Origin: Candidatus Yonathbacteria bacterium
Lineage (GTDB): Bacteria; Patescibacteriota; Minisyncoccia; Phycocordibacterales; UBA1550
Reading direction: 5' to 3'
NCBI GenBank assembly: GCA_003483855.1
Contig: DMXP01000002.1
Span: 56,851-112,713 of the forward strand
DNA: 55,863 nt
Shown here piece by piece: positions 35,193 through 46,140 of the stretch. Every line of letters begins with the position of its first letter. Position 1 is the stretch's first letter. A model generated the notes under the pieces. That model had not been told where the DNA came from. It saw only the letters and a program-made list of their open reading frames with translations, and searched no databases. Made by a program: the position numbers and the translations under genes.

Positions 35193-36332
35193 ATGGACGA
35201 CGTATACAAACGATCCCTTAGTCTTCACAAAAAGCACAAGGGCAAAATTGAAGTAATAAGCAAAGTTCCTCTCACAAATCGCGAGGAACTTTCTCTTGCG
35301 TACACACCAGGAGTAGCAGAGGCTTCGCGTGAGATTGGGCGCGACGAATCGCTTGTTTACGATTACACGATAAAAGGCAACACAGTTGCCATTGTTTCCG
35401 ACGGATCAGCAATCCTTGGTCTAGGTAACCTCGGAGCGCATGCGGCTATCCCTGTAATGGAGGGCAAAGCGGCAATTTTTAAAGAATTTGCAGGAATAGA
35501 CGCGTTCCCTATTTGTGTAAACACTCAGGATGTAGAGGAAATTATTACCCTCATAAAAAATATCGCGCCTGTTTTTGGCGGTGTTAATCTTGAAGATATT
35601 TCTGCCCCGAGATGTTTTGAAATAGAGGGGCGTCTACGCGCGGAGCTTCCAATACCAGTGATGCACGACGATCAGCATGGCACAGCAACGGTCGTTCTTG
35701 CGGGGCTCATCAACGCGCTAAAACTTCGTGAAAGCAAAAAAGAGGATGTGAAAGTAGTAATGAGCGGGGCGGGAGCTGCAGGCACTGCTATCACAAAACT
35801 TCTACTTGAGTATGGGTTCAAGCATTTCATCGTTTGCGACACAAAAGGCGCGATATTTGATGGACGCGGCGATTTGAATTCTGAAAAAGAAGAGCTTGCG
35901 CGCATTACAAATCTCAACAAGAAAGCTGGAGCGCTTGCCGAAATTCTTCACGATGCAGACATTTTTATCGGCGTATCAAAAGGCGGGTTGTTAACCGCAG
36001 AGATGGTAAAAACAATGGCCGACAAGCCGATCATTTTCGCGCTTGCAAATCCGATACCAGAAATAATGCCTGACGTAGCAAAAGAGGCAGGCGCATTTGT
36101 TGTTGCGACTGGTCGTTCTGACTTTCCAAATCAAATAAATAATTCGCTTGCCTTCCCAGGAATTTTCCGCGGTGCTCTAGATAACCGCATCAAGCAGTTT
36201 AATGAACAAATGTTCATTCGCTCGGCAGAAGCGCTTGCAGGATATGTAAAGGACCCAAAACAAGATCAGGTGCTTCCTTCAATGTTTGATAAGGGAATTA
36301 TTGAGGTTGTCAAAGAGGTGATTCGCGATTAA
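35193..36332 (+). CDS. NAD(P)-dependent malic enzyme (short form, no PTA domain)
   Basis: AYTPGVA, VMEGK, NLEDI.APRCF, HDDQHGTA, GAGAAG, FALANP, NQINN.L.FPG. Confidence 0.92.
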   Translation: MDDVYKRSLSLHKKHKGKIEVISKVPLTNREELSLAYTPGVAEASREIGRDESLVYDYTIKGNTVAIVSDGSAILGLGNLGAHAAIPVMEGKAAIFKEFAGIDAFPICVNTQDVEEIITLIKNIAPVFGGVNLEDISAPRCFEIEGRLRAELPIPVMHDDQHGTATVVLAGLINALKLRESKKEDVKVVMSGAGAAGTAITKLLLEYGFKHFIVCDTKGAIFDGRGDLNSEKEELARITNLNKKAGALAEILHDADIFIGVSKGGLLTAEMVKTMADKPIIFALANPIPEIMPDVAKEAGAFVVATGRSDFPNQINNSLAFPGIFRGALDNRIKQFNEQMFIRSAEALAGYVKDPKQDQVLPSMFDKGIIEVVKEVIRD

Positions 36333-36336
36333 AAAG

Positions 36337-36368
36337 AAAACCCAGCCATTCTAAAATGGCTGGGTTTT
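36337..36368. terminator. Bidirectional terminator hairpin
   Basis: AAAACCCAGCCATT-CTAA-AATGGCTGGGTTTT between convergent malic enzyme and folA. Confidence 0.8.
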
Positions 36369-36370
36369 TG

Positions 36371-36901
36371 CTAATTTGCAGAACGTATCAGTGTTATAAA
36401 AGACATCGCATGTTTGTTCTTTTGATCAGCGGGGTGGAATACTTCCTTTCTTGCCACCCACTCTGTGTTATGCAAATGAGGGAAAAAAGTATCACCATGA
36501 TACTTTGCAAAAATTCGTGTCATATGCACAACCCGAGTTTGCGGAAGCTCAACAAATTGATGATAAATATCCTCTCCTCCAGCGATAAATATACGGCACC
36601 TTGTGCCGATGCGCGCAATTGAATCAATGTCTGAAACACCGATGCAGTCTGGGAAACGACCGTTCAACTTCTGCGGATCGCGTGTCAAAACATAAATTAC
36701 GCGACCAGGAAGTAGTTTTGTTGTGCGATTTCGCATACTGGAAATTGCAACCAGTGTATTATAGCCAATCACAATAGCATGACCCATTGTCATATCTCTG
36801 AAATGCTTCAGATCCTTTTGTAAACTACCCCATGGTAATTGCCCTTTGTACCCGATAACATTATCCTTTGCAACAGCTACAATAACTTCAAATGTTGGCA
36901 T
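36371..36901 (-). CDS. folA: Dihydrofolate reductase (divergent)
   Basis: IVAV..DNVIG...LPW, DLKHF, LPGR, IAGG..IY, GDTFFP; AGGGGGG SD. Confidence 0.88.
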   Translation of the reverse strand: MPTFEVIVAVAKDNVIGYKGQLPWGSLQKDLKHFRDMTMGHAIVIGYNTLVAISSMRNRTTKLLPGRVIYVLTRDPQKLNGRFPDCIGVSDIDSIARIGTRCRIFIAGGEDIYHQFVELPQTRVVHMTRIFAKYHGDTFFPHLHNTEWVARKEVFHPADQKNKHAMSFITLIRSAN

Positions 36902-36946
36902 AATACCCCCCTTATTTAACTAATGACATAGAACTACTACTTGTAA

Positions 36947-38223
<1,277 letters not shown>

Positions 38224-38224
<1 letters not shown>

Positions 38225-38251
38225 ACACAGGCGTACTAGTACGCCTGTGTT
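38224..38251. terminator. 28-bp perfect palindrome between convergent genes
   Basis: AACACAGGCGTACT|AGTACGCCTGTGTT. Confidence 0.75.
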
Positions 38252-38264
38252 GGTTATGCTGCTT

Positions 38265-38624
38265 TTAGATAAGCCCGGGGAGTTGCTTTGTTTCTCCTTT
38301 CGCGACGAGCTCCTCTATACAGTTAAACTCAGTGCAAACATTTTCAAAATAATCAAAGGCTTCTGTTTTTGCGCACGAAACAACGTAACCTCTGAGCGCG
38401 ACAGCCATCTTTGGAGTAAACATTGCCGATCTTCCAAACCAGTTTTCAAAATTCTTCGGGTCTGGTGGTGGTGAGTTAGGTAGTGATATTTTCATATCAA
38501 CAGAAGGACCTTTTAACGAGAGCTTAACGTACTGTAATCCTCGCTCTTCGTGTTCTTTTTGCAGCCAGTTGCAAAATTTAAGTATTTCAGGGTAGTGATT
38601 ATCAGCCAGCGACTCAGTGTTCAT
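38265..38624 (-). CDS. Hypothetical protein (119 aa)
   Basis: Start MNTESL chosen from AGGAGG SD 5 nt upstream; TTGACA promoter upstream. Confidence 0.65.
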   Translation of the reverse strand: MNTESLADNHYPEILKFCNWLQKEHEERGLQYVKLSLKGPSVDMKISLPNSPPPDPKNFENWFGRSAMFTPKMAVALRGYVVSCAKTEAFDYFENVCTEFNCIEELVAKGETKQLPGLI

Positions 38625-38815
38625 AACGTCCTCCTTTATCTGATTATTTAAATGTATCCTCCCTAAAACTACCATTCTATGGTATATTGTCAACCTTACC
38701 GTTATGTCTACATTTAAAATAAAATCAGATTGGCCTCCAGTAGGGGACCCCAGTACCATATCCTCGCAAGGCTCGGCTAGCTACGGGGCGAGAAGTTGTA
38801 TAACAACTTTAACGT

Positions 38816-40873
38816 ATGAATCCTAACATCTTCAAAATAAAAGCGCCGTTTCCTCCGAATGGGGACCAACCAAAGGCGATTAAGGAGCTTTTGACTGGGC
38901 TTAAAAAAGGGATGCGCGCGCAGACTTTGCTTGGTGTTACCGGCTCCGGAAAAACTTTTACGATGGCGAATGTCATTGCTTCTGTCGGCAAACCGACACT
39001 TGTCATCGCGCACAACAAAACCCTCGCCGCGCAGTTAGCGCAAGAGTACAAGGAATTCTTCCCCGACAATGCGGTGCACTACTTTGTTTCTTACTACGAC
39101 TACTATCAGCCAGAGGCGTATATGCCGACGACGGACACATATATAGAAAAGGACGCGCAGATTAACGAGGAAATTGACCGCCTACGTCACGCATCCACGC
39201 AGGCGCTCCTTACTCGCAAGGATGTGATTATCGTTGCCTCTGTTTCGTGTATTTATGGCTTGGGTTCACCCGCAGAATACGAAAAGGAAAATATGAAGCT
39301 TTTGTCGGGCCAAAAAATTGACCGTAAGTCGCTCATGCAGAAGCTCATCAACATTCACTTCACACGTACGAACGCCGACCTTACCCCCGGAACATTTCGC
39401 TCTATCGGCGCTCTTATAGAAATAATGCCAGTATCAGAAAAGATAGTGTGGAGTATCACAATGGGTCGCACTTCAACGGACACTGCGCGACATGATTCTG
39501 CAGAATCAGGCATTGAGTCAATCAACAAAGTTGACCCAGTATCACAGAAAATCGTAGACACTCCGGAATCAATTTTTATTTTCCCCGCAAAACACTTCAT
39601 AACCAATGAAGCTGAAAAATCGCGCGCAATAAAAGTTATTAAAAAAGAGCTGGACACTCAACTAAAGAAATTTGAGAAGGAGGGGAAGCTACTTGAGGCT
39701 GAAAGATTAAAGCGTCGCACCACGTACGACTTGGCTATGATTCGCGAAGTTGGCTACTGTAGTGGCATAGAGAACTATTCAAGGCATATGTCTGGGCGTA
39801 GCGCAGGCTCTGCTCCTGATACGCTTTTGTCGTACTTCCCAAAAACTAAAGACGGAGACCCTGACTTCCTAACTATCATAGATGAATCACACGTAACAAT
39901 TCCACAAATAGGCGGAATGTACGCAGGCGATCAATCGCGCAAAAAAACTCTTGTGGAGTTTGGCTTTCGTTTGCCTTCTGCAATAGATAACCGACCACTT
40001 CGTTCCGAGGAATTTCACGAGCGCGTTGGGCAAATGATTTTTACATCCGCAACGCCATCCGTATATGAAAAAGAAAATAGCGAACAGGTTGTGGAGCAAG
40101 TAATTCGTCCAACAGGCCTAATTGATCCTGAGATTTCTATTCGCCCGATATTGGAGAAAGGGCATTACAAAGGACAAATTCAGGACCTCATCGCTGAAAC
40201 AAAAATTGCTGTTTCAAAAGGTGGACGCGTGATAGCAACAACCCTTACTAAAAAAATGGCTGAGGACCTTTCAGAATATTTAAAAGGAGAGGGAATCAAG
40301 GCTGAGTATGTGCATAGCGACATCAAAACATTAGAACGTATCCAAATCCTAACCGCATTCAGAAAGGGTACTTTTGACTGCCTCGTGGGTGTAAACCTAC
40401 TCCGAGAAGGCCTAGACCTGCCAGAAGTAACACTCATTGGGATTCTTGACGCAGACAAAGAGGGTTTCCTTCGTTCAGAAACATCGCTTATTCAGATTAT
40501 TGGTCGCGCGGCGCGAAACGTAGAAGGACGTGTAATTTTGTATGCGGAAAAAATTACTGGTTCTATTGAGCGCGCGGTTTCCGAAACAAGTCGCCGTCGC
40601 GCTATTCAGGTTGCCTACAACAAAGAGCACGGCATAACCCCAAAAACTATCATCAAACAAATCAAGGACATCACCGAGCATCTAGAAACAGACCATATGA
40701 AAGCAGTGCGAATGAATTTGGACATTGACGCCCAAGTATTTATAAAAGACCCCCAAAAACTATTGAAATTAAAAGAAAAAGAAATGTCTAAAGCGGTAAA
40801 GGAGCTGGATTTTGAAACCGCAGCAATCTTAAGAGATGAAATCGCAATGCTTAGAGAGCAACTTTTGAAATAA
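38816..40873 (+). CDS. uvrB: Excinuclease ABC subunit B
   Basis: GDQPKAI, GVTGSGKT, YYDYYQPEAY, DESH, NLLREGLDLPEV, C-terminal UVR (FETAA.LRD). Confidence 0.97.
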   Translation: MNPNIFKIKAPFPPNGDQPKAIKELLTGLKKGMRAQTLLGVTGSGKTFTMANVIASVGKPTLVIAHNKTLAAQLAQEYKEFFPDNAVHYFVSYYDYYQPEAYMPTTDTYIEKDAQINEEIDRLRHASTQALLTRKDVIIVASVSCIYGLGSPAEYEKENMKLLSGQKIDRKSLMQKLINIHFTRTNADLTPGTFRSIGALIEIMPVSEKIVWSITMGRTSTDTARHDSAESGIESINKVDPVSQKIVDTPESIFIFPAKHFITNEAEKSRAIKVIKKELDTQLKKFEKEGKLLEAERLKRRTTYDLAMIREVGYCSGIENYSRHMSGRSAGSAPDTLLSYFPKTKDGDPDFLTIIDESHVTIPQIGGMYAGDQSRKKTLVEFGFRLPSAIDNRPLRSEEFHERVGQMIFTSATPSVYEKENSEQVVEQVIRPTGLIDPEISIRPILEKGHYKGQIQDLIAETKIAVSKGGRVIATTLTKKMAEDLSEYLKGEGIKAEYVHSDIKTLERIQILTAFRKGTFDCLVGVNLLREGLDLPEVTLIGILDADKEGFLRSETSLIQIIGRAARNVEGRVILYAEKITGSIERAVSETSRRRAIQVAYNKEHGITPKTIIKQIKDITEHLETDHMKAVRMNLDIDAQVFIKDPQKLLKLKEKEMSKAVKELDFETAAILRDEIAMLREQLLK

Positions 40874-40876
40874 GAA

Positions 40877-40910
40877 AATAGCGGTAACGATATATATCGT
40901 TACCGCTATT
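40877..40910. terminator. 34-bp perfect palindrome between convergent uvrB and the barrel gene
   Basis: AATAGCGGTAACGATAT|ATATCGTTACCGCTATT. Confidence 0.75.
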
Positions 40911-40922
40911 GAATGACCCTGT

Positions 40923-41591
40923 CTATTTGAATTCATAAACGAGTATAGCTGAAAAAATGCTAAATGCTCCAGTTCTTTGCCCTTCAAACCTGAGTGATAT
41001 TTTGTTTGGAAACTTAGCGTCTACTCCAACGCTTATCATTGGAGTAGTTCCTCTGTACTTGCTTTCATCTGCCAGAAAGGTTGATGTGTCCGGGAGTAAA
41101 ATCCTGGTGGTCGTTTTTACGTTATATTCATAAAAACCAACTCTCCCAAATATATCAACATAATCACTGGCGGGTAATTTCAATAATGCAGATAATTGTG
41201 ACGCCGTAACATCTGCATCCTGTCGAACAAAAATATTCGCAGGCAGGGCGTTAAAATTTACTGCTGACCCGTTAACATTTATAACACCTATGCCTGTATT
41301 ATTAATTGAGAGACTTTTACTAAAGCGAGCTCCCCACAAATATGCTGCCTCTATGCAAAAAATCTCATTCCAACAGCGACCAAGAGCTAACGATTTGTAC
41401 GTCGTTTTATTCTTTATATCTGAATTATTAATGATACCCGTAGCGTTTGAAATCTGCTTTTCGGTGTCTGACTGCCTGAATGTGTTGAGGACTGCCATCT
41501 GCCCAACACCGATACTACCTGTCCAGATTGCTTCTGCATGAACATGCATTGGCAACAAAAGAACAATTACAAATACAAGATACTTTTTCAT
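40923..41591 (-). CDS. OmpA-like 8-stranded outer-membrane beta-barrel protein
   Basis: Sec signal peptide (..VHA|EA); strand pattern KSLALGRCWNEIFCIEAAY, LSALLKLPASDYVDIFGRVG, ISVGVDAKFPNKISLRFE, C-terminal LVYEFK. Confidence 0.7.
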   Translation of the reverse strand: MKKYLVFVIVLLLPMHVHAEAIWTGSIGVGQMAVLNTFRQSDTEKQISNATGIINNSDIKNKTTYKSLALGRCWNEIFCIEAAYLWGARFSKSLSINNTGIGVINVNGSAVNFNALPANIFVRQDADVTASQLSALLKLPASDYVDIFGRVGFYEYNVKTTTRILLPDTSTFLADESKYRGTTPMISVGVDAKFPNKISLRFEGQRTGAFSIFSAILVYEFK

Positions 41592-41717
41592 CTTGACCCC
41601 CTATTTGTATTTTAAGAAGATTTCCTTGCTAAATAGGATACTATCACAAATGACCATGCTCAACAACAGCAATTGCCATAATTAAGAAAATCTGGTATAC
41701 TATGTACCTTATTCACT

Positions 41718-44282
41718 ATGGCTGAAAATAAAAAAAATAAGCATCTCGACAAAATCACAGTCCGCGGTGCTCGCACACACAATCTGAAAAACATCAGCGT
41801 AGAGATGCCACGCAACAAAATGATAGTTTTTACTGGACTCTCGGGATCTGGTAAATCATCGCTTGCTTTTGACACCATCTTTGCAGAGGGTCAGCGTCGT
41901 TACGTTGAGTCTCTTTCGGCATACGCAAGACAGTTTTTGAATCAGATGCAGAAGCCCGATGTGGATGAAATCACAGGTCTTTCTCCATCTATTTCCATAG
42001 ACCAAAAATCCCACTCATCGAACCCACGTTCTACAGTGGCAACCATCACCGAAGTATACGACTACCTTCGTGTGCTTTACGCGCGCATTGGTAAACCACA
42101 CTGTCTGGTCTGTGGACAGGAAATCAAGCGTCTTGGTACCGAGGAAATTATTAATTTCATAATGGATGAGATGAAGGGCGATTCGGGGAAAAAGGCATCT
42201 TCCATCCGTATCTTTGCTCCGCTTGTTCGAGGACGCAAGGGAGAATATTATCAGCTTCTTTATGATCTATTAAGCAAAGGATATTTGATGGTGCGCGTGG
42301 ATGGGGTGATGCATAATCTCCGTGAGAAAATTGAACTTTCAAAAACAAAGAAGCATGAGATTGATGTACTAGTGGATGAAATTCTACTTGCAGATTTTAA
42401 AGGAAAAGAAAAAGGGAGAGAGCGTCTCGGTGAAGCAGTAGAGAAAGCTATAGATGAATCGCAAAGTTTGGTTCGCATTGTGCTATCAAATGCAAAGGGT
42501 GATATTAAGGACTTTATAATGTCTAACCGCTTTGCCTGTCCAAACGACGGTTTTTCATACCCTGAAATAGAGCCGAGACTTTTTTCATTCAATTCCCCAT
42601 ACGGCGCATGCTCTCTTTGTAACGGGCTTGGTACAAAGCATTTTTTTGGGAACGAAAAATGTCCAGACTGCGACGGAGCGCGTCTTCGAAAAGAAGCGCT
42701 CAATGTTTTTGTGAGCGGAAAAAATATTGTTGAGCTCGTAAACATGTCCATTCAAGACGCATCTGATTTTTTCGCTACATTGAAAATCTCTGCGAGAGAT
42801 CGCGACATTTCTGTGCCAGTGGTTAAGGAAATCCAGAATCGTCTTTCATTTATGTTGGAAGTGGGCTTGAGCTATCTCACACTCAGCCGTCGCGCTGGGA
42901 CGCTCTCGGGGGGAGAGGGTCAGCGTATTCGACTTGCGTCACAGCTTGGTTCCCGTCTTGTCGGAGCTCTCTATGTTTTGGACGAGCCAACAATAGGACT
43001 TCATCAGCGCGACAACGACCGCCTCATCAAAACTCTCAAGGAGCTTCGCGATATAGGCAACACAATCATTGTGGTTGAACACGACGAGGATACTATTTTC
43101 GCTGCTGACTATATGGTGGACATTGGCCCTGGCGCTGGTGTGCACGGAGGAGAAATAGTAGTTTCAGGCGACTTGGACGAAATCATAACTAACACAAAAA
43201 AATACAAATCGCTCACGCTTGATTATTTGCGTGGAGATATTTCTGTACCAATTCCAAAAAGACGCGATACTGACAAAGGGCATCTTCGCATTCGCGAAGG
43301 TAGTATTTTTAACATCAAACGAATGAACGCCGATATTCCACTTGGAAAACTTGTTGCTATAACAGGCGTTTCCGGCTCTGGAAAGTCAACCTTTATGTAT
43401 GAATTAATACATAGAAACTTGCAGGCTCGACTAGAGTTTAAGTATCGGACCAATGATATTTTTAATTGTGAGAGTTTTACAGGGACAGAATACCTAGCAC
43501 GCACAGTCTTGATAGATCAGTCAGCCATTGGTCGCACGCCACGTTCTAATCCTGCAACCTATACTGGAGCATTTACATTTATTCGCGATCTTTTTTCTGA
43601 AACAGCCGAGGCACGTTTGCGTGGGTGGGGGCCGGGTCGTTTTTCATTCAACGTAAGGGGTGGGCGATGCGAAACATGCCAAGGAAACGGAACTATTGCT
43701 GTGGAGATGCATTTTTTGCCTACAGTGTACGTGACCTGTGACGTATGCCGTGGCAAACGTTTTGAAAAAGATACGCTTGAAATTAAATATAAAAAGAAGA
43801 ATATTTACGAGGTGCTTGAAATGAACGTGGAACAAGCATTGGATTTTTTTATAGACATTCCAGCAATTTATGACCGACTAAAGACGCTTAATGATGTTGG
43901 GCTTGGATACTTAAAACTTGGACAATCCGCAACGACGCTTTCTGGAGGGGAGGCACAGCGTGTTAAAATTTCTTCTGAACTCTATCGTCCGCATGTAGAA
44001 AAAACTATTTATCTACTTGATGAGCCAACAGTCGGTCTTCACTACGAGGATGTTCGAAAACTAATTGAGATTTTACAAAAACTTGTTGATAAAGGAAATA
44101 GTGTAATCCTTATTGAACATAATATGGATGTTATTAAAAGCGCGGATTATGTTATAGACATTGGCCCTGAAGGGGGAGAAGGTGGTGGACAAATTGTTGC
44201 GCGTGGGACCCCTGAGCAAATTGCCACGAGTCCGCTTTCTCACACAGGAAAGTATCTGAAAAAAGTACTAAAAAGAAAATGA
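41718..44282 (+). CDS. uvrA: Excinuclease ABC subunit A (insertion domain missing)
   Basis: GARTHNLKN, GLSGSGKSSLAF, LSGGEGQR, GVSGSGKST, LSGGEAQR. Confidence 0.97.
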   Translation: MAENKKNKHLDKITVRGARTHNLKNISVEMPRNKMIVFTGLSGSGKSSLAFDTIFAEGQRRYVESLSAYARQFLNQMQKPDVDEITGLSPSISIDQKSHSSNPRSTVATITEVYDYLRVLYARIGKPHCLVCGQEIKRLGTEEIINFIMDEMKGDSGKKASSIRIFAPLVRGRKGEYYQLLYDLLSKGYLMVRVDGVMHNLREKIELSKTKKHEIDVLVDEILLADFKGKEKGRERLGEAVEKAIDESQSLVRIVLSNAKGDIKDFIMSNRFACPNDGFSYPEIEPRLFSFNSPYGACSLCNGLGTKHFFGNEKCPDCDGARLRKEALNVFVSGKNIVELVNMSIQDASDFFATLKISARDRDISVPVVKEIQNRLSFMLEVGLSYLTLSRRAGTLSGGEGQRIRLASQLGSRLVGALYVLDEPTIGLHQRDNDRLIKTLKELRDIGNTIIVVEHDEDTIFAADYMVDIGPGAGVHGGEIVVSGDLDEIITNTKKYKSLTLDYLRGDISVPIPKRRDTDKGHLRIREGSIFNIKRMNADIPLGKLVAITGVSGSGKSTFMYELIHRNLQARLEFKYRTNDIFNCESFTGTEYLARTVLIDQSAIGRTPRSNPATYTGAFTFIRDLFSETAEARLRGWGPGRFSFNVRGGRCETCQGNGTIAVEMHFLPTVYVTCDVCRGKRFEKDTLEIKYKKKNIYEVLEMNVEQALDFFIDIPAIYDRLKTLNDVGLGYLKLGQSATTLSGGEAQRVKISSELYRPHVEKTIYLLDEPTVGLHYEDVRKLIEILQKLVDKGNSVILIEHNMDVIKSADYVIDIGPEGGEGGGQIVARGTPEQIATSPLSHTGKYLKKVLKRK

Positions 44283-44324
44283 GTACCCAGCGTTTGCTGA
44301 ATACTCATTTATTTCTCGTTTCGG

Positions 44325-44849
44325 TCAATTGGTCTCGTTAAACCAACGCTCAAAGGTTTTATTAATCAAGATGTCATTATAGAGCCATTTGTTCCCCTTA
44401 TAATAAACGTGCGTATTTTTGGTAATAAGCATAACAAGGGAGGCGATGTCGTTCTCTGAAAGATAAAACAACGAATCCTCTGGTTCCTTATCAAGCACTT
44501 GATTACGAACATATTCAAAAACTTGTGGGCATGCGACGCGCGCTATGTCTGGATCATCATACGTGCTAATGTTGTTTCGCCAATACACCACAAGTCCTTC
44601 TATTCGTTCTTCTCCCACATATCGCAAGTCCTTGATATCGATATAGGCGATAAAACGCTCCTTTTTTTCAGGTATAGCAACGGCGTACCGCGTCAATTTC
44701 TCGGCGCATACCGCCAAAAGCTTGCCGACGCAACGAAGATGCAATACACGGAAGTGTCGCGTTAATGCACAGGTGACTAATTTGTGTAATTCCGGAAACA
44801 GCACCGAGAATGGCAAATGTTGGCTGACTACTATTTCACGAGACGACAT
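44325..44849 (-). CDS. Hypothetical protein
   Basis: AGGGGG SD 5 nt upstream; inserted antisense between uvrA and uvrC. Confidence 0.6.
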   Translation of the reverse strand: MSSREIVVSQHLPFSVLFPELHKLVTCALTRHFRVLHLRCVGKLLAVCAEKLTRYAVAIPEKKERFIAYIDIKDLRYVGEERIEGLVVYWRNNISTYDDPDIARVACPQVFEYVRNQVLDKEPEDSLFYLSENDIASLVMLITKNTHVYYKGNKWLYNDILINKTFERWFNETN

Positions 44850-44922
44850 GATTTCCCCCTATTTGTTTGTTTAAGGACATGTTTCTATAATTACTATATA
44901 CTCTCATTTAAGAAACTGCAAT

Positions 44923-46140
44923 ATGATGAAATTAACTACAAAACTTCCTGATAAGCCTGGCATATACATTTTTCGCGGATCTGCCCGCACGATTCTATAT
45001 ATTGGAAAAGCGACTTCTTTGCGCACACGGATTGCGAGCTATTTTCGTCGTAACCTTATCGCAACTCGTGGGCCTATCATCGCTGAAATGGTAGAGCAGG
45101 CAAAATCGGTAGATTTTATAGAAACCGATTCTGTGTTGGAAGCGCTAATTCTAGAGGCACACCTTATCAAAAAACATCAACCACCTTTTAACACAAAAGA
45201 AAAAGACAACAAAAGTTTTAATTATGTGGTCATCACAAAAGAAGATTTTCCGCGTGTCCTGACGATGCGCGGGCGTGAGCTCGGCGAAGCTGACCTAAAA
45301 CCTAACACCTCAAACCTAAAAGCTATTTTCGGTCCTTTTCCACAAGGAAGTGTCTTGCGCGAAGCACTCGCTATCGTTCGTAAAATTTTTCCATTTAGGA
45401 ACAAATGCAAACCAAACTCTGGCAAACCCTGCTTCAATGCGCAGATTGGACTTTGCCCAGGCGTGTGCGCGGGATTAATTTCAAAAACAGAATACGCAAA
45501 AACAATTCATCGTATAAAAATGTTTTTTGAAGGAAGGAAAAAAACTCTTGTGAGCCGACTTGAGCGCGAGATGAAAACCTCTGCAAAAAATCTTAAATTT
45601 GAAGAAGCGGGACGAATCAAAAAAATGATTTTCGCGCTTAATCACATTCAAGATGTGGCTTTCTTGAAGGCAGACTTCTTAAAAAGCCCCGGCCTTTTTG
45701 AGCGCATTGAGGCGTATGACGTCGCGCATATTTCTGGCACAAATGTAGTGGGGGTAATGGTTGTTCTGGAGGATAACGAACCAAAAAAGAGCGATTATAG
45801 AAAATTCAAAATCAAAACAAGCACAAACGACGACAACGCATCTCTACGCGAAATGCTTGAGCGTCGGTTTAACCACACCGAGTGGTCAATGCCGAAATTA
45901 ATAGTAGTAGACGGGGGGAAGGCACAGGTAAACACCGCTGAAAAGACGCTCAAAGAGTGGGGCATCCAAATCCCCGTCGTAGGTGTAGTAAAGGACGAAC
46001 GTCACAAGCCAAAAGGCTTCATCGGCAATGAGATTATCGTTCAAGAACGAGACCGCGTCATCCTCCTTGCCAACAGTGAAGCCCACCGTTTTGCTATAGG
46101 CTTTCACCGACAACTTCGTGGCAAAATTAAGAAAAATTAG
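44923..46140 (+). CDS. uvrC: Excinuclease ABC subunit C, lacking the C-terminal (HhH)2 domain
   Basis: LPDKPGIY, YIGKA..LR.RI.SYF, four-Cys region, UVR, IEAYDVAH, VDGGKAQ, ends just after EAHRFAI. Confidence 0.9.
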   Translation: MMKLTTKLPDKPGIYIFRGSARTILYIGKATSLRTRIASYFRRNLIATRGPIIAEMVEQAKSVDFIETDSVLEALILEAHLIKKHQPPFNTKEKDNKSFNYVVITKEDFPRVLTMRGRELGEADLKPNTSNLKAIFGPFPQGSVLREALAIVRKIFPFRNKCKPNSGKPCFNAQIGLCPGVCAGLISKTEYAKTIHRIKMFFEGRKKTLVSRLEREMKTSAKNLKFEEAGRIKKMIFALNHIQDVAFLKADFLKSPGLFERIEAYDVAHISGTNVVGVMVVLEDNEPKKSDYRKFKIKTSTNDDNASLREMLERRFNHTEWSMPKLIVVDGGKAQVNTAEKTLKEWGIQIPVVGVVKDERHKPKGFIGNEIIVQERDRVILLANSEAHRFAIGFHRQLRGKIKKN

